64,000 nt of DNA from the human T2T-CHM13v2.0 reference genome, Homo sapiens (GCF_009914755.1 NC_060927.1); one strand, 5' to 3'; shown: positions 16,303 through 30,330, counted from the stretch's first letter. Numbers and translations are program-made. The notes: generated by a model not told the origin, from the sequence alone.

Positions 16303-16509
16303 GAAAATTCAAATGGGCTTAAGTAAAAAGGGATTTATTGGCTCCAAACCTGGAAGGGGCTGAGGTATCACTAAATCCAGTGACTCCGGTGATGTATTTG
16401 TGTATCTCTCCCTTTCTGCAAAGGGCCAGTAACCCCTCAGTTCCCTATCTACTTTGCGACTATAATTGCAAGCCTCATTCTGTCCTGTTACAGTCGTGCG
16501 GCAATTAGG
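16303..16509 (+). repeat. Copy 1 of a ~205-bp direct duplication (copy 2 at 17967-18182)
   Basis: GAAAATTCAAATGGGCTTAAG...GCAAGCCTCATTC...CCTGTTACAGTC is present twice, roughly 85-90% identical by eye. Confidence 0.93.
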
Positions 16510-18163
16510 CTGAGGGACTGGCGCGCCCGCTCCCCCGACTGTGAGCCTAGGCGGCGGGTGTCATGCCCCTCCCCACTCCCGGGCGGAACAGGTGTGTAGC
16601 CGGTCTGTCGGGCCTGGGAAACAGGTGTGGACCCCTTTAGCCTCCAGGGACTGATATCAAGGTGCCTGAGCCTGAGGCTTAGATGGGGTGTCCACCTCTT
16701 AGGATCGGTGCGCACCCTGTGAGGCTGGTTCCAGTTTGTCTCCGCGTGCAAGTTGTGCACCAGAGTGAGGGCAGCAGGGTGAAAGGTGGGCCTCTGAAGT
16801 TCGAGGCTACTCCTGTGCCTTGGCCAGTTCTTTGTGCTTGGCATCTGGGGAAGGAGGGAAACAGCTGCTCAGAGTGTCTGGGTGTACAAAATGGGGGTGC
16901 TTTACAGGAGGATAGGGTGGGAGGAGGTAGGATCGGTGAGAGGTTCCATGGCCGTGGGTTATCAGGAATAGCTAGCTGGGGAGCCTTCTTTAAATAAGCA
17001 GGCCCCCTCCACTTCTTAGATTCTTGTTAGAATGAATAGGAAGGCTTCTGGCCTCTGCACCATCCACCCTCTACCATACTCTACTTTCCCCTACTGAAAA
17101 ACCCCAAAACCCAAGCAAAACAAGCATGGATGTTAGCTTGTGGTGCTAAACCTTACTCCAAATGTCTGCATTTGGGAGACAATTACATGTTAATTGTCTG
17201 TGTATGTCTATGTCTGCCTGTGTGGGTTTGAGGTATATCTAATATAAATGTGGATGGAGAATCTGCATATGTTTGTGTAAGACGTGGGTTTGCTCATGGT
17301 TAAATTTAAGCACAGAATAGGTATTGAATCCTCTGGCAATAGCTGGCCTGTTCCATAGAATATGCAATAAAGATAAATGGAAAAAAAATTCGTTGAACTA
17401 CTGGGCTTTATATGGTCAAAGAGGCATTTGTGAGAAAATTCTTTCCAGAGCTCTAACAGAGTAATATGTTGATTTTTTCTTTATATTTAATATATTTGCT
17501 TCGTATCTGGACCATTGTCAGCAGATGGATGTTTTCTGTCTTCCAGAATATTGGGACATGTTGGTGATTCTTAGCTGTATCTCACTATTCCATTGACATT
17601 TCAACCAGTGTGACACAAAATGTCAGTTATGTATGTGAATGAGAAGTAAGATCTTTTGAATTTAATGAAGTATGTTTAACTTTGGATCTATTGATAGCTT
17701 TCATAGAGTTTAGATCGTATGTTCTCTTGATCCACAGCTGTAGGTGTCATCGGTACATAGTGGTAAGATCAAACTGTTGTATTCTTAACTGAATCTTGAA
17801 TGAATATTTGACTTATCTTCACGCTGTATGACATTATTAAATGTGTTCTGTGTTTTAGCAAGGAAATATAGCTTTGCGTTGGATTTTTCACTGTTATGAA
17901 TTTCTTAGGTTTACTGTAATAGCAATTATACTTTTTTAGTCAAAGATATTTCTGTTGCAAGTGACAGAAAATTCAAATGGGCTTAAGCTAAAAGGGATTT
18001 ATTGGCTCCAAACCTGGAAGGGGCTGGGGTATCACTATATCACTAAATCCAGTGACTCCAGTGATGGAGTACTTGTGTCTCTCTCCCTTTCTGCAAAGGA
18101 CCAGTAACCCCCAGTTCCCTATCTCCTCTGCAACTGTAATTGCAAGCCTCATTCTTCCTGTTA

Positions 18164-19304
18164 CAGTCATGGGACAGTTAGGGGATATGTTCTGAGAAAT
18201 GTGTGGTTAGGCAAATTTTGTCATTGTGCATGCATCATAGTGTACTTACACAAACCTAGATGGTGTAGTCTGCTACACACCTAGACTATGTGGGATGGCC
18301 TGTTGCTGCTAGGCTATAAACCAGCACAGCATGTTACTGTACTGAATACTGTAGGTGGTTGTAACACAATGGCCAAGTATTTGTATATCTAAACATAGAA
18401 AAGGTACAGTAAAAATACAGTTTAAAAGATTGAAAAATGTGAACCTGTGTGGGGCACTTACCATGGATGGAGTTTGCAGGACTGGAAGTTGCTGTGGGTG
18501 AGGCAGTGAGTAGTGAGTGAGTGTGAAGGCCTAGGACATTATTGTACACTACTGTAGACTTTTTGAACACTGTACACTTAGGCTACACTGAATTTATTAA
18601 AAATTTTTTCTTTCTCCAATAATAAATTAACCTTAGCTTACTGTAATGTAACTTTTATGTTATAAACTTTTTAATTTAAAAAAGTTTTTAACTTCTTTGT
18701 GATAAAACTTAGCTTAAAATACAAACACATTGTACAATTAGCTGTACAAAAATATTTTCTTTATATCCTTATTCTGTTAGCTTTTTTCTATTTCAAAAAA
18801 TTTTAATCTTTAAAAACGAAGACGCAAACACACACATTACTCTAGGCCTACACAGAGTCAGGAAGGTCCCGGTGGAATGTCTTTAGAGGCAGTAACACAT
18901 AGGGAACTGTCATCTCTTATGATAACAGTGCCTTCTGGAATACCTCCTGAAGGACCTGCCTGAAACTGTTTTACAGCTAATTTTTAAATTTTTAAATAAG
19001 TGGATGAGTACACTCTAAAGATAAAAAGTATAGGATAGCAAATACATAAACTGGCACATAGTTTATTATCAAGTATTATGTACTGCACATAATTGTATGT
19101 GCTTAGCTTTTATACTACTGGCAGTGCGGTAGGTCTGTTTACATCAGCATCACCACAGACAGATGAGTAATGCATTCATTACAACAGCTGTGACATCACT
19201 GGGCTACAGGCATTTTTCTGCTCCATTATGTGTAATGTTAGGGGACCATGGTTGTATATGTGGTCTGTCGTTGACCCAAAACGTCTTTTTGGGGCACATG
19301 ACTG
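18164..19304 (-). mobile_element. Tigger3b-like DNA transposon
   Basis: TA|CAGTCATG...CATGACTG|TA termini; internal Tigger3 motifs (CACAAACCTAGATGGT, GAAAAGGTACAGTAAAAATAC). Confidence 0.88.
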
Positions 19305-22051
19305 TATATAAATGCATAAAAGATGTGACTGCAGATGACTCCTGTGTTATGCCATCCAAGATTAAGCACCCTAGAATAAAGAGAAATTCCAGAAGTACCT
19401 TGATTGGCCACATAGGACCCAAGAATGTGATGTGCCTACTCTTCTGCTCCGCTAGCTAGGCAGATAGGGTACTTGATTGGCAGCACCACCAAAATCACAT
19501 GGTTGGAATGGAGGAGAAGCAGTTGCCCTCCAGGAAAGGTGGCAGTGGTGCTGGGGTGTTTTAACCTTTGTTTTTTCCGTTGCAGTTCAGCAAGACGCTT
19601 CCAGTTACTTCCTGCTCTTAAAAAAAAAAAAAAAAAAAGAATAAATCTCTCATGACTCTATATCCTTCTTGACACCTAACCAAGAGAAATTGAGATGACA
19701 GTTAATTGCAAATTAATAAAGAAGGCCATCATCTACTCAGCCTTTACCTAAGTGGAATCCTGTCTTTTGCGCATTTAACTTACAAGAATTTACCTGCATC
19801 AGTCAGTTATGTGAAGAAGAAAAGGGAATATATTTCAGCGTACACAAGGCCCTTGTGCTTTTTAGGAGGAGTTCTTTGGAGCTGAAGTGGGTCTGAGAAG
19901 AGACATTCTCATGATAGTGGAGACAGTATTATAGAAGCTGGAAGTGATCATTTTTCTCTGTTATTTATTTCACTTATTACCTCACACACATATTGATATA
20001 AAACTGATCAATAAAGTTAGAATTTCTACATTATCTAGATATTTGTAGACTTCGTTCATATTATTGTTTTGTATATTGTGATAGGGGATTAGATTTTTCT
20101 TTTCTAGGCTGGAGCTGATTGTCTGACAATTCATAGCAGTAACTTAGCACTCACTGTATACAGGAAGGTCTTAGGCACTGTTCCTTCCCCTTACTTTTCT
20201 TTTTAACATTTTTTAATCTGTATGTACTTATGATCACTCTCCTCATTTAGACATTCACCAACAACAGAAAGAGAAACAGAGGGTTGGGCTTTTTCGTCGT
20301 GGCAGTTCTGGCACTGTGAGCTACAATTACCTAAATGTGCCTTCTTGGAAAGAAATTCCAGGGTCAAGTAAAGCAGCCCATCCCAGTATATAGTAATGTT
20401 TCTCTAAATAGGGTCTGTATCTAAATGAATAAGGTGAAAATTGAGTACCCTCAAAGTACCCCAAGAGGGAGTCATATCAGAGACTGACAAGCGGTGGGTC
20501 TCTCAGGAAGCCCCATACGGCCAGATCTTGTTTTTCCATGTTGGAACTGCATGGCGTTTGTTATTTTGAGCACAGGTGACGTGAACTGCTTGGGTGTGAG
20601 GCATGTGAGAACTGAGACATAGAACAGCAGCTGACCATCTCCTATTCTGTGCCCACTGTGAAGCAAGAAGTTATTGAGTGGAGGTATGCAGAATCATGAA
20701 TCATGATTCATAGAATCATCTATATGAATCATTTCTTTCTCTCCTTCCCGTTGCTGAAGATAATAGATGAAATCCTGCAAATTGAATGGAAGTATGGTAC
20801 ATTTCCACTGTATTCATCTTGGCCTCTAAGCTGAATTAACGTAAAAGAACATAAAACATCTGAGATTGTGGGATTTGCATCATGTTATAAATGAGCTAAG
20901 TGATTTAAAAATATCTCTCCTAGATGCAAAGAATGGAACTTGCACAGATGGAGGCGTTTTGGAGTAGTGTAACTAACCATACTTTGTATTACGTGACCAG
21001 AACTGCTATTTGAGATTCTGGAAGCCAGTGATGCAGTCTTGCTTGGGTATTTACCTAGGGAGGGAGGGAGGGAGGGAGGAATGGGTGGATGGGTAGATGG
21101 GTGGGTTGATCAGCTGCTGTGTCATATCGGCACGGGGAATAGAATGGTGAACAAGGCAGATCTGGTCTTTGCTCTCTCATGGAACCTGCATTCCAACTGG
21201 GGGCAAGGAATGGTGGTTTAGACAATGAGGAAATCATTACAATGTGGTAAGTGTAGTAAAAGAGGAGAACGATGTTATGGGTGCATACTAACAGGAAACA
21301 GCCTAGTTGAGCAGGGCAAAAAAAGGCCTTCCTAAGGAAGCAAAGTTTTAGCCGATAGTTGATAAATATGACCTGCAGTGGTTGACAAGCTTGACTACAT
21401 ATAAGTAGTATTCAATTATAACTTGGCTTCTTATGGTATAGATTCCTATATGCTGTGAGTCAAATAATATCCTCTGGAGCTTAACAATTACAAGTAATAA
21501 CACTGATAGATTTAATTTGCAACACAGATGTTATTCCTGTCTCTTAGTTCCTATGTTAATCAAACATTTTTCGAATGTCTACCTAGCTGTGCAAGCCAGT
21601 AAGCCCAGTGATGTGGAATATTCAAAGGAGCATGGCCCCATTTTTATTATATAGCTGGGGAGAAAAGAGTCACATGGTAAATTAACTAATGAATCAGCAT
21701 GAGGAAAGAGCCAAGCCACTGTTTTAAAAGAAGACATGTTTTCTGAATTCAGAGGATGGTTAGGGAAGGAAGAGGTCATAGGCAGATCCAGTTTGAACGG
21801 TGCCCAGAAGGAAGAAAGGAAGTTAGATAAATGTAGAGAAAAAGGAAAGGAAAGGGAAGGTGAATCAGCTTGAGCAGACATGAAGGGAAAGTGGAAGCTA
21901 TTCATGAAGGACTCTTAGTGCAAAAATAATAAATTCAATTGTAAGGGAAGGAGGCAGAAGGATCAGCTCGTGTGATATCTGGAGTCACAGGCTTAGAATT
22001 TGGGATTTTATCCTGGAGGCATTGGGAATCTGTTAAAAATAAGTCCACTTG

Positions 22052-22341
22052 TGCTGGGCGTGGTGGCTTACACCTGTAATCCCAGCACTTTGGGAGGCTG
22101 AGGCGGTCAGATGGCTTGAGCCCAGGAGTTTGAGACCAGCCTGGCCAACATCATCTCTATGAAAAATTCAAAAAATTAGCTGGGCATGGTGGTGTGCGCC
22201 TGTAGACCCAGCTACTTGGGAGGCTGAAGTGGGAGGATTGCTTGACCTGGGAGGCAGAGGTTGTAATGAGCCGAGCTTATGCCACTGCACTCCAGCCTGG
22301 GTGACAGAGGGGGAACCTGTCTCAAAAAAAAAAAAAAAAAA
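22052..22341 (+). mobile_element. AluJ
   Basis: Diverged dimer, A-tail, TSD AAGTCCA(C/T)TTG. Confidence 0.92.
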
Positions 22342-22686
22342 GTCCATTTGCCAGAAGGTAATAGAAAACTAATAGAAGTTAACCCACCATTGCATTTTAT
22401 TTTTCCCTTTACAAAGCAAACCACAAAACAAAACAAAGGAATGAAGAGAAATGCTTGGATTGGGAAGGCCAAAAATAAAATTTGCATGTAATGTTGTACT
22501 ATATCATGATTTTGTGATTGTTTTCTAGCATTATATAGTAAATAAAAACTTGATTCTATTTCATTGTAATGTGAAAAAGTATCTCATATGACACTTTTAG
22601 GAGGAAAAGAATGTCAGGATTAAACAGGATCATGGAGCTTGAGAACAGTTAGGAATAAATGTTTCCCAAGGTGAAAACTGGTGAAA

Positions 22687-22813
22687 AGCCAGGCATGGTG
22701 GCACAGGCTGGTAGTTGCAGCTACTTGGGAGACGTGAAGTAGGAGGATCGCTTGAGGCCAGGAGTTTAAGGCTAACCTGGGCGACATAGCAAGATCCCAT
22801 CTCTTAAAAAAAA
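22687..22813 (+). mobile_element. FLAM Alu monomer
   Basis: Monomer flanked by AAAACTGGTG. Confidence 0.85.
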
Positions 22814-23497
22814 ACTGGTGCAAGTTTAACTTGGCGTAATATAGGTCACACATTCTAGAGTTCTTATTCAGTTAGCCAGTGTCATAATTAAGTCATTGCT
22901 GTTTATATGGCGCATATCTTTTTTTAATGGTCCTTGAATCTATTAATTGGTTGGGAATAACAATTAAGAGGAAATAACAGAATTATCAAGATGTCAGATA
23001 ATCTTATGTCTGAACTATTAAAATACTCATTTATCAGCACTCAGAAGAGACAGCATACTGGGTAATTATGATTCCATGACATGTATTTCCTATCAGATTA
23101 ATCTGATTTCATTCTAAGAGAGACTAAGAAATCATGAAGCCTGTTTTGTTATGTGCAAGTACTCTCTGGTATGGTATCCTCTTAAGAACTATAAAAACAC
23201 TAGCTCACATGATGGTTGGGTGAAGAACTAGTTGTAGAATTGCATCCCAGCAGGAATTTATGAGTGGTTCATTATCAACCTTTTACTGGGATAACATTTA
23301 AGGGATAGCTGAAGCAGGATCAGTATCAAGAGTGAAATATTAAGCATCATATAGTAAGCATTCCATCATTGGTGCATATATTGGAATGAAGGGCCTGCTT
23401 AATAAACACATGGGCAACACCAACCCACAAGGTAAGGGTTAATATTTCAGAATGTTGGATATGTGACCAGAAACAAATTAACTTATATTTATTAGTA

Positions 23498-23910
23498 CAG
23501 TTGACCCTTGAACAATGCGGGGGTTAAGGGCACTACCCCCTCAACCAGTGGAAAATCTGAGTACAACTTGTGACTCCCCAAAAACTTTACTACTACTACC
23601 TACTGTTGAGCAGAAGCCTTACTGATAACATTAACAGTTGTTTAACACATATTTTGTGTGTTATTTGTATTTAGTTACAATAAAGTAAGCTAAAGAAAAG
23701 ATATTAAGATTCTAAGGAAGAGGAAATATACTTGCTTTTCATTACGTGTAAGTGGATCATTATAAAGGCCTTCATCCTTGTCTGAACGTTGAGTAGGCTG
23801 AGGAGGAGGAGGAGGGGTTGGTCTCACTGTCTTGGGTGGAAGAGGCGGAAGAAAACCCACTTGTAAGTGGACCCTTGAAGTTCAAACCTGTGTTGTTCAA
23901 GGATCCACTG
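23498..23910 (-). mobile_element. Tigger2a (MER28)
   Basis: TIRs CAGTTGACCCTTGAACAA / TTGTTCAAGGATCCACTG; internal GTAGGCTGAGGAGGAGG. Confidence 0.85.
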
Positions 23911-24335
23911 TCTATTCATTTCCTATTGTTGCCGTAAATTACCGTAAAGTTAGTAGTATAAAACAATGCAGATTTATTTTACAGTTCAGTACTTCACAAG
24001 TCTCACCCCAGTCTCACTAAAATTAAGAGATCAAGACGACTTCAGTCCTTCTGGAGGCTCTCGGAGACCATCTGTTTCCTTGTCTTTCGCAGCTTCTAGA
24101 GGCTGCCTGCATCCTTGGCTCCTGAGCCCTGTTCTCCGTGTTCAACGCCTGTGACATGGTGTCACATCTCTTTCTCTGGCGTTCTCTTCTGCCTCTCTCT
24201 TCCCCTTTCAAGGACCTTTGTGATTACATTGGACCCACCCAAATCATCCGGAATAACCTTCCTGTCAAGGTCTTAATTTAACCTGCAAAATCCCTTTTGC
24301 CATATCAAGTAACATATTCATGGTTTCTGGGGATT
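23909..24335 (-). mobile_element. MLT1 (C/D-like) LTR
   Basis: GCTTCTAGAGGCTGCC, TGTGATTACATTGGACCCACC, CTGGGGATTAGGAC; ends CTGCCTACCAC. Confidence 0.8.
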
Positions 24336-25127
24336 AGGACTGGCATTGTTGGATACCCTCATACTGCCTACCACTGGTAGATTCCCAGCTTAGGTACTTT
24401 CTGAAAAATTCACAGAAGCTGCTCATGTGAACTCTCCTTTTAAAAAAAATTTGAGCATGGTGACCTTTTGATTCACCAGGTCTCTTTGAGTTGGAAAAAC
24501 TTACTGACTAAAATGAAGAAAGGAATAATTGCTGGTAAGTGACAAAAGAGGAACTTGGGAAGGGGACATAGTTGGCTTCACTAATAAAGTGTAGACTAAT
24601 GTTGATGTTAAAAAAAACCTAAAACATGATTTTAGAATGAGTTAGTAACAATAAGACACTTCTGTTATAATTAAAGTTTTTATTAAGTGTCTCTGTTGCT
24701 TTGGTGGGGGCTGTACTAGTCTTAGACAAAACCCCTATCATTCAGCTCATGAAGAACTGCTGTGATATCCAGGATATCGTTCTGATATGCTTAGCACTGG
24801 CTAGACCTTTACAAAAATACTGGATTTTGTTTTAGAATCTTTAACTTTAGAAAACTTTGAAAATTTTGAGGTTTTAAATGTAATAGCTAATATCTGTTGA
24901 AAATTATGTCCAGACATTATTCTCAATGCTTTGTAATCATATCATTTGTTCCTCACAGGAGCCCTGCAGAGTAGGTAGTTGCATTTATAAGAGCCAGGAC
25001 TCTCAATTTTAAGTGCTAAAAGAAAGGGGGAAGTTGGGAGAGTATATGTTGGTTTATGTAGCCAGACTGCCAGAAGGCTATGGGCAGAGCTAACTTCATA
25101 GAAGACTAGAATCTGAGGCTTGAATAA

Positions 25128-25452
<325 letters not shown>

Positions 25453-27032
25453 TCTACTTCGTTTTTTTAGATAGGTTTCATGCTTGCTAGAGAATCTGTA
25501 CCTAGAACCTAAGTTCTATCAATAGAGGTTCATCTCCAGTGACAGATGCTTAGTGTTTAGTTAGGTGTGTGTTAAGTGAATGATTTCTTTTCTGCAGAAG
25601 CGAGCTGGGTGGGGAATGTGGGATCTGCTCAGCCACATTATTCATTGTATAGAGAACAATGGAAATATCTCTTCCTCATCAGTTCCATTTTAATGAATCC
25701 TGGTGAAAGACTCTGGCTATCACATAATCCCTTATACTAAGGGATTTTTGACCATTAGCCTCTACGAGAACACATGGTTTGAAGGAGCCCTTCCCAGAAC
25801 AAGAGACGCTGTTCTGAGCAAACAACACAAATGTCCACAATATTCCATTTTAATGATATAGAAATAGAGAGGTTCAGAAAAGGTAAACAAATTAACCAAG
25901 GTCACAGATAGGAACTCATAAAGTCCAGATTCAGACTTGATTTATTTATTTTATTTTTTGGGGGGTCAGGGGTGGGGAGAAGTGATTATTTCCTGGTCAT
26001 TTCTAAGAAAAGTGGCCACAACAGCAGACCTAATAATAGACTCTTTGGCTTGTGTTCTGTCCACTTTGCCAGCACATTACATTGGTAAAAGGAGCTCAGT
26101 GAAATGAAGGTCAGAAATGGGGCAGGGTAGCTTGGTGGGATGATGTCTTCAGGGAGTGCCTGATCACCTGACACTTCTTCAGTGTGATATTGGGGTTCAC
26201 AGATGCTGAATTGTTACATGGTCTTGGAACCTCTTAATAACTCCAGATATGAGATAAAAAGAGCTGGAAAAAATTGTTTTCCTTTCTGAGTTATTTTGGA
26301 AAGAGATAAAATATGAAACATTTTAGATTATTAAATCAGTTAAATATTATTTTCCTGTATGGTCTTTCCCACTATTTTTGAAAAATGTGTAAGAATAAAA
26401 GTTAATAACTATCTTTAGGAACCACTGAACGTGAATTAGATTGTGCATGTTTGTAAATAGTTGTTAAATAATTGCAACCCTTTTTGCTTAGTGGTACAAA
26501 TAGGAGTTGAAAGACTTTATTAAAAAGTAATTTGTCATGAGCTAAGGTCTTTGAAGAAATGAGTATAAACATTAGTATTGCTACTGCATTTGGGTTATTG
26601 CAAAAGGAGCCCTATATTTAGAACCTGATGTTGGAAAGATACTTTAAAATGTTGCCAGGCAAAGAGTGGCCTCAGTTATGTGTTCTAGGAATGTGTTTGA
26701 TAGTGTGTGTTTTATTAGGACACAACCCTATAAATAGAAAACCCATTTTCTGTAACGTGAAAGAAATTAGTCTGTATTTGGTAATATACCAAATAGTGTA
26801 ATAGCTAGAAAAGTTGGTTTCAGCTCTTGAAAAGTCAGTTTCATAAGTCCATGATTTATACAAGGTAACTATTCATTTCTTTTAATATGATAAAAATGAA
26901 ACATCAAAGGAAGTGAATTAATTATAGGTACTAAAATAATGAGCTTCATTAGATAAAATTGTCAGTGAATTTTTAGCATATTGTTTAAAAACAACTAATC
27001 TCAGTTCACTTTTTAAAAAATTAGTTATTTCA

Positions 27033-27155
27033 AGCCAGGCATGATGGCACATGCCTGTAGTCCCAGCTACTCAGGAGGCTGAGGCTGGAGGATGGCTTGA
27101 GCCCAAGAGTTGGAGGCCACGTTGACAATATAGTGAGACTCCATTTCTTAAAAGA
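27033..27155 (+). mobile_element. FLAM Alu monomer
   Basis: Monomeric Alu sequence. Confidence 0.85.
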
Positions 27156-28346
27156 AATTAAGTGGCTCAGTAATTACAAGTCTTTTTTTTCTGCCTTCAC
27201 TAACATGCACAATCCATCTTTACTAACATACACAATCTAATTTACTAAGAGAAGCTCACTGCAGGGCAAGGGTTGGTGGTAGTGGTGTTTATACACGCTA
27301 AAGGCAGTATGTAGTTTGAAAGAGCTTTGCACTGAGAGTTTTGCCAGTTGTTTGGTACTGTGAAAAACATCTAGTTTAGGAAACAAAATGATCTTTATTA
27401 TTATTATTATTAGGGCATTGTTTCTGTTTTCATATTTTTGCTTTATCCTAAACAGGTAAAGCTAATTGGACTTTTTAAAGTTGGGTCACTTGTGGCCTAA
27501 TTGAAACACAAAGTAAAATCATTTAAAAGCAGACTTAATTATTAAACTTACAGTAATGTTTTCAGTATATTTTAGCTTTCTAAAAATGACAGTTTTGCAA
27601 GTAAACCAAATTATCTGTGATTTTTGATATAAGTGTGATCTATCATTTAGAGCTCTGAAATAATAAAAAGCTGTATAAGTTTCTAGTTTTCTTTAGTATT
27701 TCATTTCTCTCTGAAAATGTCCATGTTTCTCTGTGACTGGCTCTGTTTCTAGAAATCTCTGGTAGGCTATGGAGTTATTTTATCTTGGGGTCATTGTTGT
27801 TTCCTTTAATAGATCTGAACCCTTAGGTTTGCTCGTGTTGTATTAAATAGCTAGTTGTTCATCCTCAGTGTTTCTGCTAAGCTCCCAGAGACGTCTGTGG
27901 CCCTGTGCAGAGGCCAACAACAAAACTGGTTTATATGCTTATTTCCAGGGGAACTGGAGCACTACCCTGGGGTTTGGAATGTAAAGAAGGCATTAATTGC
28001 AGCTTTTGGCACCGATTTACCCTTATGCTGTTAGGTAAATAAATCTAGTTGGTACCAGGTCTAGTGGCTGAGCCTATTAAGTTATCACTATCACCAGTTT
28101 CATGACTTTGGGTGGCGGGCCACTTCCTAAAGTCCTTGAGCCCAAGTTAGCTGTTCCTCCTTTATGCTCTCATTGAAACCCTCTCCTAATAACATACCCT
28201 GTACCCCACTGTTAATTTCAGTTTGCCTGCAATCGGATGTTTAGGTGAAATCTGACCAAGTAAGTCTTTGGAATGTCCAATTGACAAGGAGGAAATCTAA
28301 ATGATAGTGTTTTGTTTTGTTTTTGTTTTTTTCTTTTTTTGAAAAG

Positions 28347-28434
28347 AGATAATCATTCAGGTCTTCGTGAGCTAAGGCCAAACAAACAAAAAACACTTGC
28401 TTTGATGGACTGAATACTGTTATTAGAAGTAAAT
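28347..28434 (+). other. VPS8: VPS8 exon 2, 5' UTR part
   Basis: Long poly-T tract (28310-28340), first AG at 28345-28346; an alternative AG lies at 28359-28360. Confidence 0.75.
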
Positions 28435-28587
28435 ATGGAAAATGAACCAGACCATGAAAATGTGGAACAGAGCCTCTGTGCCAAGACGAGCGAAGAAGAG
28501 CTGAATAAGTCTTTCAATCTAGAAGCTTCACTTTCAAAATTCTCTTACATAGATATGGACAAGGAACTGGAGTTCAAAAATGATCTG
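28435..28587 (+). CDS. VPS8: VPS8 exon 2 coding part, aa 1-51
   Basis: MENEPDHENVEQSLCAKTSEEELNKSFNLEASLSKFSYIDMDKELEFKNDL matches the human VPS8 N-terminus as I recall it; aatATGG context; donor CTG|GTAAAA, phase 0. Confidence 0.95.
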
Positions 28588-28707
28588 GTAAAAATTTCAA
28601 TTTCTGTCAAGTGATAATGTTTAACCAGTGTAGATTAGAGTATGCTTTGTGACCCAGAGACTCTAAGTCTGTCATTTTTGCATGGGTTAATAGGAGTCTG
28701 TGTATAA

Positions 28708-28965
28708 TTTTTTTTTTTTTTTTTGGATACAGGGTCTCACTCTGTTGTCCAGGTTGGAGTACAGTGGTGCAAACATGGCTCACTGAAGCTTCAACCTCCT
28801 GGGCTCAAGTGATCCTCCTACCTCAGCCTCCCAAGTAGCTGGGACCACAGGTGTGTGTCACCACGCCCGCCTAATTTTTAATTTTTTTGTAGAGAGGGTC
28901 TCGCCATGTTGCCCAGGCTGGTCTCAAACTCCTGGACTTAAGCAGTTCTCCCTTCTTGGCCCCCA
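28708..28965 (-). mobile_element. AluJ, 5'-truncated
   Basis: Poly-T plus J-type sequence; flanked by GTGTATA. Confidence 0.9.
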
Positions 28966-29421
28966 CGTGTATAGTTTTATGAGATAACATTACTCTTCAT
29001 TTGTATAGTCCATTACAGTTTATGAAACAATTTGATTCATGTTGTCATTTGAGCTTTACAACTCTCACAACACTCTGATAATCCATTGTATAGATGAAGA
29101 CACTGGCATGCAGCTATGTAAATGACTTCTCAAAGTCACAGAGCCAGTGGTAGTTCCTTATCTTGCACAGCATTTTTTTTTCCCTTTGATTTAATATTAT
29201 GTTAATGGGTTTCTATGAGTATGAGAATAACAGCATGTTGCTTGACCTAATTATCTCTCACCATAATTTATGAAATAACTAAGAAATGTGATGTCAGACT
29301 TTTGCTTATTGCTTATGACTTATGTCTAAACTTAGAAAATTAGGGGTTTTCTTAGATGTTGTTTTGTCATGTTTAAGAAAGCAGATGCAAAAGTCTTTCA
29401 ACACAAGTTTTCTGGAAAGTA

Positions 29422-29749
<328 letters not shown>

Positions 29750-29964
29750 TTAGTGCATATATGTCCTTGATGGTAACTGAACGTGTAGATAGGAAAGGAA
29801 ACCACTCTGTAGTCTTGACTTGATTATTACTGTGGATTTTTGAGTTGATCATTTTGGTGGTAAGTTTGTCTTTTAATTGATGGTGGTTTTAATCAACTAA
29901 AACCCCTCACAATTATAAGCAGAAAGGCATCATTTTGTGAGCACTATTTTTTTTCTTTATTTAG

Positions 29965-30033
29965 ATTGATGACAAGGAGTTTGATATTCCTCAAGTTGAT
30001 ACTCCTCCAACACTGGAAAGCATACTAAATGAG
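29965..30033 (+). CDS. VPS8: VPS8 exon 3, aa 52-74
   Basis: tttag|ATTGAT...GAG|gtaagt; 69 nt; IDDKEFDIPQVDTPPTLESILNE. Confidence 0.95.
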
Positions 30034-30119
30034 GTAAGTGAATATTAATGATTACTGTCATTTTGTGTGTGGCATTCATCTTAATACTTTTTGGATTAGT
30101 TATCATACATGCACCTAGA

Positions 30120-30330
30120 TGCGCACTTTCCAGTAGGGTAGCCACTAGTCGTGTGTGTCAGTTTAAAATTTAAATTAATTATAATCAAATAAAAATTTAA
30201 TTCCTTGGCTGCACAAGGCACATTTCAAGTGCTCAATAGCCACGTGTGGCTAGTGGCTACTATATGGCTAGGGGACAGCATAGATAAAGAGTATTTCCGT
30301 CATCACAGAAAGTTCTCTTGGACAGCAGTA
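30120..30330 (-). mobile_element. MER3 (hAT-Charlie)
   Basis: CACATTTCAAGTGCTCAATAGCCACGTGTGGCTAGTGGCTAC...CAGAAAGTTCTCTTGGACAGC. Confidence 0.8.

Larger units (their letters stand above)
15780..16620 (+). promoter_or_regulatory. VPS8: CpG-island promoter of VPS8
   Basis: Only strongly GC/CpG-rich block in the window. Contains GC box GGGGCGTGG (15866-15874), ETS core CGGAAG (15923-15928), NRF1-like TGCGCGTGCG (15951-15960) and E-box GTCACGTG (15983-15990), followed by a splice donor at 16028. Confidence 0.9.

Noticed and set aside
15752-16312. 186-aa minus-strand ORF, the longest in the track, and neighbouring ORFs over the promoter
   Set aside because: Explained by stop-codon scarcity in a GC-rich CpG island; low-complexity Pro/Arg/Ala peptide with no recognisable domain; starts within the duplicated segment.
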